A stretch of 61,333 nucleotides of DNA, taken from the NCBI GenBank assembly GCA_012797605.1, contig JAAZOT010000059.1, forward strand, positions 1-61,333, given 5' to 3'. Positions 1 to 9,321 of this stretch are shown here, one piece after another. The first letter of the stretch is position 1, and each line of letters opens with the position of its first letter. The translations under genes were made by a program, and so were the position numbers. The DNA is from Spirochaetales bacterium (GTDB lineage Bacteria > Spirochaetota > JAAYUW01). Under the pieces are notes generated by a model. It was not told the origin of the DNA and made no database searches. It saw only the letters and a program-made list of their open reading frames with translations.

Positions 1-1394
1 ATACCGAAATTTTTGATGGTTTTTCTAAAACAGTGAGCAAGTGCAAATTTATTCCAGTAGTTTGTGGTTCTTCTCTTGAGAATGGTGGTATCTCAAATCT
101 CCTTGAAATAATAGCTAAATCTTTCCCTTCATATATTTCAAAAAAGCATTTTAAGGCTATTTCAAAGCAAGATAATAAAGAGATGCAGATTGAAATTTCT
201 GAAAACGGAAATTTTTGTGGTTTTTGCTTCAAAACGGTTCTTGATCAATTCAATGGCAAACTATCCTTTATTAGAGTTTTAAATGGAGAAATTAAAAAAG
301 ATGATGAAGTTTTAATAGTTGAAAAAAACAATAAATTCAAAGTAACAAAAATATTACAACCATTTGGAAATAAAATAGAAGAAATGGAAAAAGGGGTTAC
401 TGGTGATATCATTGTTTTACAAAAACTAGATGATATTAGCACAACTTATACCATTGGTAGCAAAGATATTTCATATACCTATGCTTTTGATAAACTCCCT
501 CAACCAGTTTATTCAGTTGCAATTTCGGCTAAAGATAAAAATACAGAAGATAAACTTATATCTACATTGCATAAATTTAGTGAAGAAGACCCAACATTAA
601 TCGTAAAATATGACCCAGAAACTAAACAAAATGTAATTTCTGGTATGGGAGAGCTTCATCTAGAAGTCTATTTTTCCAAGATTAGAAAACAGTTAAAATT
701 AGAGTTTGAAACATCTATTCCTAGGATTAATTATAAAGAAACAATTACTAAACAGGTTGAATCAAGATATAAACATAAGAAGCAGTCTGGTGGACATGGT
801 CAGTATGGAGAAGTCGCAATAAGAGTATCACCAAATAAAAGAGGCGAAGGTTTTAAATTTGTAAATTCAATTGTTGGTGGTGTCATACCAAAACAATACA
901 TTCCTGGTGTTGAAAAAGGTCTTATTGAAGGCTTAAACAATGGGGTACTTGGTAAATTCCCTATTATAGATATTATAGTTGAGCTTTTTGATGGTTCCTA
1001 TCATGAAGTTGATTCATCTGAAATGTCATTTAAGATTGCAGCAAGACAGGCATTAAAAGATGCAATGACAAAAGGCGATCCTATTTTACTTGAACCTATT
1101 ATGAATCTTTCGGTTTATGCCATGGATAAATATACTGGAGATATTATATCAGACTTAAATGGTAAAAGAGGTAAGATTCTTGGTATGGACCCAATTCCTG
1201 GTGGTTTAACTTTAATAAAGGCAGAAGTACCTCATAGTGAACTCTTAAGATATGCTACAGACTTAAAATCAATTACTCAAGGAACAGCATCATTCGAACT
1301 TGAATTTTCACATTATTCACCAATCACAGGAAAACTCGCTGAGCAAGTTATTGAAGAAAGAAAGAAATTTATTACAGCAGAAGAAGAAGAGTAA
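1..1394 (+). CDS. fusA: Elongation factor G family protein, 5'-truncated by the window edge (probably an EF-G2/fusA2-like paralog)
   Basis: Frame is open from base 3. EF-G domain II-V motifs: EEDPTL, SGMGELHLE, HKKQSGGHGQYG, DGSYHEVDSSEMSFKIAA, LLEPIM. No tuf downstream. Confidence 0.85.
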   Translation, partial: TEIFDGFSKTVSKCKFIPVVCGSSLENGGISNLLEIIAKSFPSYISKKHFKAISKQDNKEMQIEISENGNFCGFCFKTVLDQFNGKLSFIRVLNGEIKKDDEVLIVEKNNKFKVTKILQPFGNKIEEMEKGVTGDIIVLQKLDDISTTYTIGSKDISYTYAFDKLPQPVYSVAISAKDKNTEDKLISTLHKFSEEDPTLIVKYDPETKQNVISGMGELHLEVYFSKIRKQLKLEFETSIPRINYKETITKQVESRYKHKKQSGGHGQYGEVAIRVSPNKRGEGFKFVNSIVGGVIPKQYIPGVEKGLIEGLNNGVLGKFPIIDIIVELFDGSYHEVDSSEMSFKIAARQALKDAMTKGDPILLEPIMNLSVYAMDKYTGDIISDLNGKRGKILGMDPIPGGLTLIKAEVPHSELLRYATDLKSITQGTASFELEFSHYSPITGKLAEQVIEERKKFITAEEEE

Positions 1395-1419
1395 TTTTCA
1401 GTTCTCCTTTAGTTTTTTA

Positions 1420-1452
1420 AAGGTAGCAGTTTTTTCTGCTACCTTTTTTTTC
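1420..1452 (+). terminator. Rho-independent terminator after fusA
   Basis: Perfect 10-bp stem AAGGTAGCAG/CTGCTACCTT with a 6-nt loop, followed by a T run. Confidence 0.85.
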
Positions 1453-1553
1453 ATAATATTATTAATTTTCTCTATTTTCTATTTTTGATTTTTTTATTAT
1501 CTTTTATTTAGATTATATATAATACTTAGTATAATAACATATTGAGAAATACA

Positions 1554-1742
1554 ATGAAAAGTTTATTTAATTTTAATCTTTTTAGTCTTAAAAATCATCT
1601 TAAAAATTTATTCAAACGGAAAAAAGTTATTACATGTAAATATTGCAATAAAAAATTAAGGATCCCATATTTAAAAAATAAGAGGCTAAGGGTTTTATGC
1701 CCACATTGTTCTAATACTTTTGAGGTATTCTTTCCAAAATAA
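1554..1742 (+). CDS. Small basic zinc-ribbon protein
   Basis: CKYC-x17-CPHC. ATG at 1554 (the ORF track uses TTG at 1542). Confidence 0.6.
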   Translation: MKSLFNFNLFSLKNHLKNLFKRKKVITCKYCNKKLRIPYLKNKRLRVLCPHCSNTFEVFFPK

Positions 1743-1750
1743 TATAAAAC

Positions 1751-1782
1751 CTAAATAATATGAAAACTAAATAATATGAAAA
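1751..1782. repeat. Tandem 16-bp duplication
   Basis: CTAAATAATATGAAAA x2. Confidence 0.7.
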
Positions 1783-1861
1783 AATTATAGTACTTAAAAG
1801 AAATAAGAAAAAAATGAAAAATTATCAATATTATAATGAATCGATTATAGTTAAATTATGC

Positions 1862-2488
1862 TTATTTTTCACATATAAAAATTGTAGAATATTGACTTTT
1901 AATCTTTTCAACATATGAAAAATATTTTTGAGCTAAATCATATATTTTGATATCAGAATGATCAAAAAACTCTATATAAGTTTCTTCCTTAAAAAAAGGC
2001 AACTTAAAACCCTTTTTTTGTTCGATATTGTTAAATATAAATATACCACCTTCATTTAAACAATCTTTAATATTAAAGAAAAAATCATCAACATCTTTAA
2101 TGTGAACTAAGAGAAAAAAGCAGTATATAATATCAAAATTTTCAGCAAGCTTTTCTTTTTCAAGGTCTAGTTTTATCAACTTAACTTTATTTTTTAACTT
2201 TTTATTGGCAGATTTTAACATTTTTTCTGAAACATCTATTCCAAAAATTTGGTAATTTTTATAATTTTTTTCTTCTAAGTAATTGTGAACTCTTTTAAGT
2301 ATTCTACCATCTCCGCAACCAAGATCACCTATCTTAATTGTATTGTTGCTCATATTAAAAAATGAGTCGAGTTTTGAAAACAATGTCTCTTTAGCAACTT
2401 TCCAATCAAAAGAATCTAGATGTTCATATTGTTTATAGTAAAATGGTGCAAAATAATCATAACCTATTTCGGCTTTTATAATCTTCAT
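1862..2488 (-). CDS. Class I SAM-dependent methyltransferase
   Basis: Motif I GDLGCGDG, GIDVSEKML, FDIIYC, LNEGGIF. Confidence 0.85.
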   Translation of the reverse strand: MKIIKAEIGYDYFAPFYYKQYEHLDSFDWKVAKETLFSKLDSFFNMSNNTIKIGDLGCGDGRILKRVHNYLEEKNYKNYQIFGIDVSEKMLKSANKKLKNKVKLIKLDLEKEKLAENFDIIYCFFLLVHIKDVDDFFFNIKDCLNEGGIFIFNNIEQKKGFKLPFFKEETYIEFFDHSDIKIYDLAQKYFSYVEKIKSQYSTIFICEK

Positions 2489-2558
2489 AACTAAAAATAC
2501 AAAATTAAAAAAGATATGAAAAATTACTTAAATCGAAGACTTAAAATTACAAAAAAAA

Positions 2559-2729
2559 CCCGGGGTACCGGCTCCGAAGGTTATGTTAACCCTTGAGTTA
2601 ACAAAGGCTCTCTAATGCAACCGCCGGTAGCTAATGCTAAGCAAAAGCCGCCAATTGTATTGCCCTCGAGAATCCTTCCCTTTTATGTGTAGGTTTACAT
2701 ATTTTATTCAGATACCGAATATCCCAGGT
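2559..2729 (-). ncRNA. ssrS: 6S RNA
   Basis: A GC-richer island of about 170 nt. The minus strand folds by hand into a rod: CCUGGG/CCCGGG, CGGU/GCCG, UCUGAA/UUCGGA, UAUGUAAACCU/GGGUUAACAUA, an A-rich central bubble, AAGG-UUCUC/GAGAG-CCUU, GCAAU/GUUGC and an apical loop. A U8 tail follows and a sigma70-type promoter lies just upstream. Confidence 0.85.
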
Positions 2730-2736
2730 CAAATCC

Positions 2737-2764
2737 ATTATATTGTATTTTTTTGAAATATCAA
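2737..2764 (-). promoter_or_regulatory. Sigma70-type promoter of the 6S RNA
   Basis: TTGATA (2764-2759)-N16-TATAAT (2742-2737), ending about 7 nt before the predicted RNA 5' end. Confidence 0.7.
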
Positions 2765-2986
2765 GGTAAAATCAAAGGTAAAACAGAGGTTTTTAACTTG
2801 TAAATTATTTTAATTATTATAAAATTGATTCAAATAAAAAATGATTGTTTATGCTGTTTAATTGTACTTAAATTTTTATAAATATTAAAAATCGATATTA
2901 AAATAAAGAAATAATGCATAAAAATAGCAGCAATAAAAATAATACTGCTTAAAAATTACAGCAAAAAAATGATAAGGAGAGAGAAG

Positions 2987-3904
2987 ATGGCTATGCGTTT
3001 GATTACAAGATCAGATTTTGATGGGCTTGCATGTGCTGTATTATTAAAAGAAGCGGGGATAATAGATCATTTCAAATTTGTTCATCCAAAAGATATTCAA
3101 GATGGTCTTATTGAAGTCAATGAAAATGATGTACTTGCAAATGTTCCATACGCAAAGGGTTGTGGATTATGGTTTGACCATCATCTTAGTGAAGAAGAAA
3201 GACAAGCTTTTCCCTATAATTATAAAGGGATGAGTAAGCCAGCACCATCTGCAGCTCAGGTTATATATGACTATTACGATGGTGATACGAGATTCAAGAA
3301 ATTCAAAGGACTCATGAATGCAGTAAATAAATCTGATTCTGGGAATTTGACAAAAAGAGAGATTCTACACCCAAAAGGTTGGATTCTATTGTCTTTTATT
3401 ATGGACCCAAGAACAAGCCTTGGTAGATTTAAGGATTATAGAATTTCAAACTACCAATTAATGGAAAATCTTGTGGATTACTGCAGAACTATGCCTATAA
3501 ATAGAATATTGAAACATGAAGATGTAAAAGAGAGAGTCATAAGATACAAAGAACAAGAAAAAGAATATAAAAAAATGCTATTAAAATACAGTTATCTGAA
3601 AAAGAATGTACTGGTAATAGACTTGCGTACTGCCCCAATTATATATACTGGAAATAGGTTTATAGAGTATTGTCTATTCCCAAAGGCAACTATCTCAATT
3701 AGAGTAATGTGGGGTAAACAAAATCAAAATATTGTTTTTGCAGTTGGGCATTCAATAATAAATAGAAAATCTAATGTGAATGTCGGTTCACTCATGCTTA
3801 AATATGGGGGCGGTGGACATCCTAAGGTTGGAACTTGTCAGGTTCCAGTTGAAGATGCAGATAAGGTTTTATCAGAATTAATTGAAACATGCGTAGAAAA
3901 ATAA
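2987..3904 (+). CDS. DHH/DHHA1 family phosphoesterase (exopolyphosphatase-like)
   Basis: RSDFDG, WFDHH and GGGGHPKVG motifs. AAGGAG upstream of ATG 2987 (the ORF track starts at 2969). Confidence 0.85.
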   Translation: MAMRLITRSDFDGLACAVLLKEAGIIDHFKFVHPKDIQDGLIEVNENDVLANVPYAKGCGLWFDHHLSEEERQAFPYNYKGMSKPAPSAAQVIYDYYDGDTRFKKFKGLMNAVNKSDSGNLTKREILHPKGWILLSFIMDPRTSLGRFKDYRISNYQLMENLVDYCRTMPINRILKHEDVKERVIRYKEQEKEYKKMLLKYSYLKKNVLVIDLRTAPIIYTGNRFIEYCLFPKATISIRVMWGKQNQNIVFAVGHSIINRKSNVNVGSLMLKYGGGGHPKVGTCQVPVEDADKVLSELIETCVEK

Positions 3905-4021
3905 ATCTATTTAATTATAAATTTTAGTAAATTTTTCCTCTATTAGAAAAATGAAAAAATATCACTATAGAAAAATAAAAAAATTGTAACTAAAAAAAAT
4001 CAAAAACAATAGGATTTAAAA

Positions 4022-6013
4022 ATGAACAAATTTTTATTTGGAGTAGATTATTATCCAGAGCAGTGGGATAAATCTATCTGGGAAGATGATGCAAAAAAAA
4101 TGGCAAACGCTGGTTTTGAAGCAATAAGAATAATGGAATTTGCTTGGTGTTTAATAGAAAAGAAGGAAGGGGTCTTTGATTTCTCATTATTTGATGAAGT
4201 GATAGATATTTTTTCAAGGTACAATATCAAGGTAGTTTTAGGAACTCCAACAGCCACAATACCTTTCTGGCTTTATCAAAAAGATAGATCTATTTTACAA
4301 GTTACTTATGATGGAAAGCAAAAACAGTTTGGTGGAAGAAGGTCCCATTGTATAAATAATCCAACATATATTAAACATGTTGAAAGACTTGTTGAAGAAA
4401 TCGCTAATCACTTTGGTCCTAATGAAAATGTCATTGGTTGGCAACTTGATAATGAAATTGGTCATGAAGGTTCAGATTTTTGTTATTGTGAAAATTGCGA
4501 AAAAAAATGGAATATCTGGTTAAAAGAAAGATATAAGGATATTGACAATTTAAACAGAACTTGGGGAACTGTTTTCTGGGGTACAAGTTACTATGATTTT
4601 AATATCCCAGTTCCTAAAAACACCTTTGGTTCATTACAAAATCCTACTCTTTTAGTTGATTATTCCAGATTTATGTCTGATAGTAATATTAAATTCTTAA
4701 ATTTACAGTATAAGATATTGAGAGATAAGATTAACCAAAATCAGTGGATTTCCACAGATATTTTCATGCCATCATTATCTTCTTCAATTGATTTTGCAAA
4801 TTTAACAAAAAATCATGATTTTATAGGTATAAATAACTACCCTGTTTGGGGAGAACAAAACCAGCCTCTTCCTTATTATTTTATTTCATTAAACTTATCT
4901 TATTTAAAAGGATTAAAAGACAATAAACATTTCACTATCTTTGAACAGATGTCTGGAATTCAAGGACATAGCTGTCTAGGGTATCTTCCCAAAATAGAAG
5001 AGTTGATACTATGGACAAATAAATCTATAATTTTTGGAGCAGATAAACTTTTTTACTTTAGATATAGAACAGCACTTTTTGGTCAGGAGCAACTTTGCTA
5101 TGGTCTTTTAAATCCAGATAATTCTGAAACTGAAATTTTTACAAAGCTTACACAAAACATAAAAGTAAATAGAGAAATTTTCGAAAGGATCTCTTCTTCT
5201 TCTCAGAAAGAGTCTATCGCATGTCTAGTTTACGATAAAGATAATGTTAGACTTTCTCGATATCAGTATCAGACAAAGGCACTTTATTTTAAACCTACTG
5301 AATATATGCAAGCTGGTTATGAACTTGAATTCACAAGATGGTATGCCCCATTTTCACTTTACAATATTTCGGTTGATGTAAAACCATATGAAAATGTAGA
5401 ACTTGATAGATATAAAATAATTAGTTTACCTCTATATTTTATGGTCGATGAGGACTTTTATCTCAAACTTGAAAAATGGGTTGAAAATGGTGGTATACTA
5501 ATACTTTCATGGAGATGTGGAATTAGAGATAAAAATAACAAAGCTTTGACTGAAAAACTACCTGGAAAATTCAATAAAATTTGTGGAATAGAGATAGAAA
5601 AATTTGAGTCATTAAATGAAACAAATACAAAAATAAAATCTGGTCTTCTAACTTTTAAGATTGAAGCTTGGGCCGATGTAATAGAGACAAAGGGTGCCAA
5701 AATTCTAGCAAAATATAGTGATAAGAAAAAACCCTATTTTGGAAAGCCAGCCATAACCGTTAATAATTACGGTAAAGGGAAGGTTTATTATTTTGGTACT
5801 TCATTATCACCACTAGGACTACTATATTTCTATTACAAAATATTTAAAGACAAAAAACTTAAACCGAAATTTTATGGGTTTGGAATAGAATCCATTGAAT
5901 ATATAGATAAAACTGGAAAAGAATTTAGGGCTATCATCAATAATAACTCAAAAAACAAGAAAGCCTTAGGTAAAAAGATAAAACCCTATGGTTTTAGTAT
6001 CTCTGAAATGTGA
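4022..6013 (+). CDS. Beta-galactosidase, glycoside hydrolase family 42
   Basis: GVDYYPEQW, MEFAW, LGTPTAT, WQLDNE (acid/base), CYCENC Zn motif, WGTVFWG, FEQ (nucleophile region), YFRYR...EQ. Confidence 0.9.
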   Translation: MNKFLFGVDYYPEQWDKSIWEDDAKKMANAGFEAIRIMEFAWCLIEKKEGVFDFSLFDEVIDIFSRYNIKVVLGTPTATIPFWLYQKDRSILQVTYDGKQKQFGGRRSHCINNPTYIKHVERLVEEIANHFGPNENVIGWQLDNEIGHEGSDFCYCENCEKKWNIWLKERYKDIDNLNRTWGTVFWGTSYYDFNIPVPKNTFGSLQNPTLLVDYSRFMSDSNIKFLNLQYKILRDKINQNQWISTDIFMPSLSSSIDFANLTKNHDFIGINNYPVWGEQNQPLPYYFISLNLSYLKGLKDNKHFTIFEQMSGIQGHSCLGYLPKIEELILWTNKSIIFGADKLFYFRYRTALFGQEQLCYGLLNPDNSETEIFTKLTQNIKVNREIFERISSSSQKESIACLVYDKDNVRLSRYQYQTKALYFKPTEYMQAGYELEFTRWYAPFSLYNISVDVKPYENVELDRYKIISLPLYFMVDEDFYLKLEKWVENGGILILSWRCGIRDKNNKALTEKLPGKFNKICGIEIEKFESLNETNTKIKSGLLTFKIEAWADVIETKGAKILAKYSDKKKPYFGKPAITVNNYGKGKVYYFGTSLSPLGLLYFYYKIFKDKKLKPKFYGFGIESIEYIDKTGKEFRAIINNNSKNKKALGKKIKPYGFSISEM

Positions 6014-6032
6014 TTTTTAATTTTAATTTTCT

Positions 6033-6074
6033 AAAATAAAAAAGGGACTTTCTTCAAAGCCCCTTTTTTATTTT
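6033..6074 (-). terminator. Terminator of gdhA (possibly bidirectional)
   Basis: Minus strand GGGGCTTT-GAAG-AAAGTCCC followed by T6. A and T tracts flank the stem, which lies between convergent genes. Confidence 0.75.
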
Positions 6075-6109
6075 TAATCTAAATTGTTATCTTTGTTTTA
6101 AGCAAAATC

Positions 6110-7450
6110 TTATACTAATCCTTGATCAATCATGGCATTAGCAACTTTTAAGAATCCAGCGATATTTGCACCATTTACTAAGTTACCAGGAGTACCAAAT
6201 TCTTTAGCTGCATTTTGACATGCATTGTGAATGTTTATCATGATTCCATGGAGTCTTTCATCTACTTCTTTTGAAGACCATGATAATCTCATGCTATTTT
6301 GTGACATTTCAAGACCAGAAGTTGCTACACCACCTGCATTAGCGGCTTTCGCTGGTCCAAAAAGAACATTATTATCAAGGAAGTATTTTACTGCATCTAA
6401 TGTACATGGCATATTTGCAGCTTCAACTACACATTTAACACCATTTTTTACAAGTTCTTTTGCATCATTAAGATCAAGTTCATTTTGTGTAGCACAAGGA
6501 ATAGCAACATCAACTGGAATAGACCATGGTCTTTTACCAGCTTCAAATTTAACTTTGAATTTATCAGCATAATCCTGAACTTTATCTCTACCAGAAGCTC
6601 TCATTTCAAGCATATAATCAATCTTTTCACCTTTAATTCCATCTGGATCATAAATAAATCCATCTGGACCTGAAAGTGTAACTACTTTTCCACCGAGTTC
6701 TGTTATTTTTAATGCAGCACCCCATGCGACATTACCAAAACCAGAAAGGGCAACTTTTTTACCGTTAAAATCCATCCCTTTAGTTTTAAGCATCTCTTCA
6801 GCAAAATATGTAACACCAAAACCAGTAGCTTCTGGTCTAATGAGCGAACCACCCCAATTTATACCTTTACCTGTTAAAACACCTGTAAATTCATTGACAA
6901 GTTTCTTATATTGACCAAATAGATATCCGATTTCTCTACCACCTACTCCGATATCACCAGCTGGAACATCTGTATCAGGACCAATATGCCTGAAAAGTTC
7001 ACTCATGAAAGCCTGACAGAATCTCATAACTTCTGAGTCTGATTTACCTCTTGGATCAAAATCAGAACCACCTTTTCCACCACCCATAGGAAGGGTTGTT
7101 AAGCTATTTTTAAATATCTGTTCAAAGCCAAGAAATTTTAAGATAGAAAGATTTACTGAAGGATGAAATCTAAGTCCACCTTTATAAGGACCAATAGCTG
7201 AGTTAAACTGAACTCTATAGCCTCTATTTACTTGGAATTCACCTTTATCATCTTGCCAGCAAACTCTAAAAGAAACAGTTCTTTCTGGTTCAACAATTCT
7301 TTCAAGAATTTTATGTTTTTTATATTTTGGATCTTTATCTACAACTGCTCTTAAAGAGTTTAAAACTTCTTCAACAGATTGAATGAATTCTTTTTCCCAG
7401 TAATACCTTTCTTTTACTGAGCTAATAACTTCATCAACATAATGACTCAT
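6110..7450 (-). CDS. gdhA: NADP-specific glutamate dehydrogenase
   Basis: GPYKGGLRFHPSVN, MGGGKGGSDFDP, DVPAGDIGVGGRE, RPEATGFG, GFGNVA, KAANAGGVATSGLEM. GGAGGAG RBS. Confidence 0.97.
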   Translation of the reverse strand: MSHYVDEVISSVKERYYWEKEFIQSVEEVLNSLRAVVDKDPKYKKHKILERIVEPERTVSFRVCWQDDKGEFQVNRGYRVQFNSAIGPYKGGLRFHPSVNLSILKFLGFEQIFKNSLTTLPMGGGKGGSDFDPRGKSDSEVMRFCQAFMSELFRHIGPDTDVPAGDIGVGGREIGYLFGQYKKLVNEFTGVLTGKGINWGGSLIRPEATGFGVTYFAEEMLKTKGMDFNGKKVALSGFGNVAWGAALKITELGGKVVTLSGPDGFIYDPDGIKGEKIDYMLEMRASGRDKVQDYADKFKVKFEAGKRPWSIPVDVAIPCATQNELDLNDAKELVKNGVKCVVEAANMPCTLDAVKYFLDNNVLFGPAKAANAGGVATSGLEMSQNSMRLSWSSKEVDERLHGIMINIHNACQNAAKEFGTPGNLVNGANIAGFLKVANAMIDQGLV

Positions 7451-7526
7451 ATCTCCTCCAAATTTAATATTTTTTAAGACAATTTTAGTAAACTTTATTT
7501 TGTTTTTAAGTCAAGTTTTTTAATAA

Positions 7527-8888
7527 TTATAGAGTGTAATAATTTATAAATTGGTAATACTTGTATAATTCAGTCAATGAAAGTATCTCAAAAATAGCAA
7601 ATGAAATCAATCCTATAGCTACTAATGCTGCTGAACTATAAAGTCCAATGGTTTGAGATGGGTATAAAGAAGAATTATTGAATTGATTAAAATAATTATA
7701 TAATATTGAACCAACTATAGAACCAGCCAACCCATAACAGCCATACCAGAAATAATTATAAACTTGAGTCAAAATTGTATTTGAATAATTAATATAGAAA
7801 GATGTTGTGTTTATAGGCATCAAATATACATAAATTTCTTTCTCAAAATCTTTATCTTCAATTGTGACAAAAATCTCTTTCGATTCATAACCTTTCGCAC
7901 TAATAATTATAAAATGATTACCTGAAGGCAACTCAATGGATAAAGGACTATTCCCCACAAATTGATTTGATATCTTAATATTAGCTGAACTTGGAAAAGT
8001 ATTTATTTTAAGTTTACAATGAGTATTTTTTTTATTTAAAAAAACAGTTATCTTTTCATTTTTTTCCAACTTAACTTTTTGAGAAATAGGATCATAACCA
8101 TCTTCAAAAATTTTTATATTATGCTCTCCCTCTTCTAAAACAAGTTCACAAATGGATGGATAATTTTCATCCATAAAATGAGTGGTAACAGTGCCATCTA
8201 CTTCGATATAAGCAGAAGTATTAAGCTCAACTTCAAGATTGTAAAATTTTTGATTTAAGAAAAATGACATCACATTATTTATAAAAAGATTCTTAAAATC
8301 ATTGAAAAAACTTAGGTATTTATAGTCAAAAGAAAAATTCTTCTCGGAAATTTGATTGTCAAATATAGAAATTTTTCTACAATAAATATAGATTTTTGAG
8401 CTCTTGAAGTCATACTCATAAGATATTTCATATTTTATTATTGAATTGTCTTCAGAATCTTCCTTTTTATCTGTTTTGAATAAAATAAAATCCTTCTTAT
8501 CTAATTCTTCAAAAAAAGTATCTTTAAAAGTAAATTGATTATTAATGCTTCTTTGTTTTTGAAAATAAATTGCAAGTTTATTAAATAAGAAAGAGACCAA
8601 ATTCTCTCTAGCTTTTTCATCTAATTTTATTTTTCTATCATTAAAGTATAAATCGAAAAGAGATGACAGTGTTGAACCAATAAAATTGGCTCTAATATCA
8701 TTGTTTTTATTAATTATATTAACGGTATAATTTATCTTAAAGTCAAAAAGATAGTTGTATGGAAATGCAATAGAAATCTTTTGAATTTTTTCTGGATAAA
8801 CTAATAAATTTGAAGGATAAGCAATTACATTTATGGATAAAATTAAAAATAAAAAGGATATAAGAAGAGTTGGTTTAATGATTTTCAT
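7527..8888 (-). CDS. PEGA-domain membrane/secreted protein
   Basis: Signal peptide, two PEGA-like repeats (LEEGEHNIKIFEDGY; INTFPSSANIKISNQFVGNSPLSIELPSGNHFIIISAKGY) and C-terminal TM helices. Confidence 0.7.
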   Translation of the reverse strand: MKIIKPTLLISFLFLILSINVIAYPSNLLVYPEKIQKISIAFPYNYLFDFKINYTVNIINKNNDIRANFIGSTLSSLFDLYFNDRKIKLDEKARENLVSFLFNKLAIYFQKQRSINNQFTFKDTFFEELDKKDFILFKTDKKEDSEDNSIIKYEISYEYDFKSSKIYIYCRKISIFDNQISEKNFSFDYKYLSFFNDFKNLFINNVMSFFLNQKFYNLEVELNTSAYIEVDGTVTTHFMDENYPSICELVLEEGEHNIKIFEDGYDPISQKVKLEKNEKITVFLNKKNTHCKLKINTFPSSANIKISNQFVGNSPLSIELPSGNHFIIISAKGYESKEIFVTIEDKDFEKEIYVYLMPINTTSFYINYSNTILTQVYNYFWYGCYGLAGSIVGSILYNYFNQFNNSSLYPSQTIGLYSSAALVAIGLISFAIFEILSLTELYKYYQFINYYTL

Positions 8889-8908
8889 AATTCAATTTCA
8901 AGAAAACA

Positions 8909-9277
8909 TCAATGTTTTTCTAAGACTTTCTTTATTGCTGAAATCAGTCTTTCTTCTTTGAAAGGTTTTACGATAAAATCTTTAGCACCAGCCTTAATAG
9001 CTGCAACTATCAATTTTTGTTGTCCAAGTGCAGAACACATTATCACTTTAGCATGTGGATCGGCAATGATAATCCTTTGCAAAGCTTCAAGACCGTTCAT
9101 TACAGGCATTGTTATATCTAATAGCACAATATCAGGTTTAAGTTCATTATATTTTTTTATGGCTTCTACACCATTTGCTGCTTCACCACAAACACTAATG
9201 CCATACTTATGTAAAATATCTTTTATCATCATTCTGACAAAAGCAAGATCATCAACAATAAGCACAGAAGATTTCAT
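8909..9277 (-). CDS. cheY: Single-domain response regulator, CheY-like
   Basis: VLIVDD, LLDITMPVMNG (phospho-Asp), MCSALGQQ, FIVKPF. 122 aa. Confidence 0.8.
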   Translation of the reverse strand: MKSSVLIVDDLAFVRMMIKDILHKYGISVCGEAANGVEAIKKYNELKPDIVLLDITMPVMNGLEALQRIIIADPHAKVIMCSALGQQKLIVAAIKAGAKDFIVKPFKEERLISAIKKVLEKH

Positions 9278-9321
9278 AAAAATGCCACCATTTTTTATTT
9301 ATTATACTTTGTTAATTCTTA

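Noticed and set aside
1300-1488. 62-aa ORF overlapping the fusA end; likewise 44794-45054
   Set aside because: These run through a terminator or T-rich repeat, and their hydrophobicity comes from poly-T sequence.
2559-2729. Riboswitch, SRP RNA or tmRNA reading of the GC-rich island
   Set aside because: End-to-end rod pairing with a central bubble, the length and the dedicated promoter fit 6S RNA. No tRNA-like ends or recognisable aptamer motifs.
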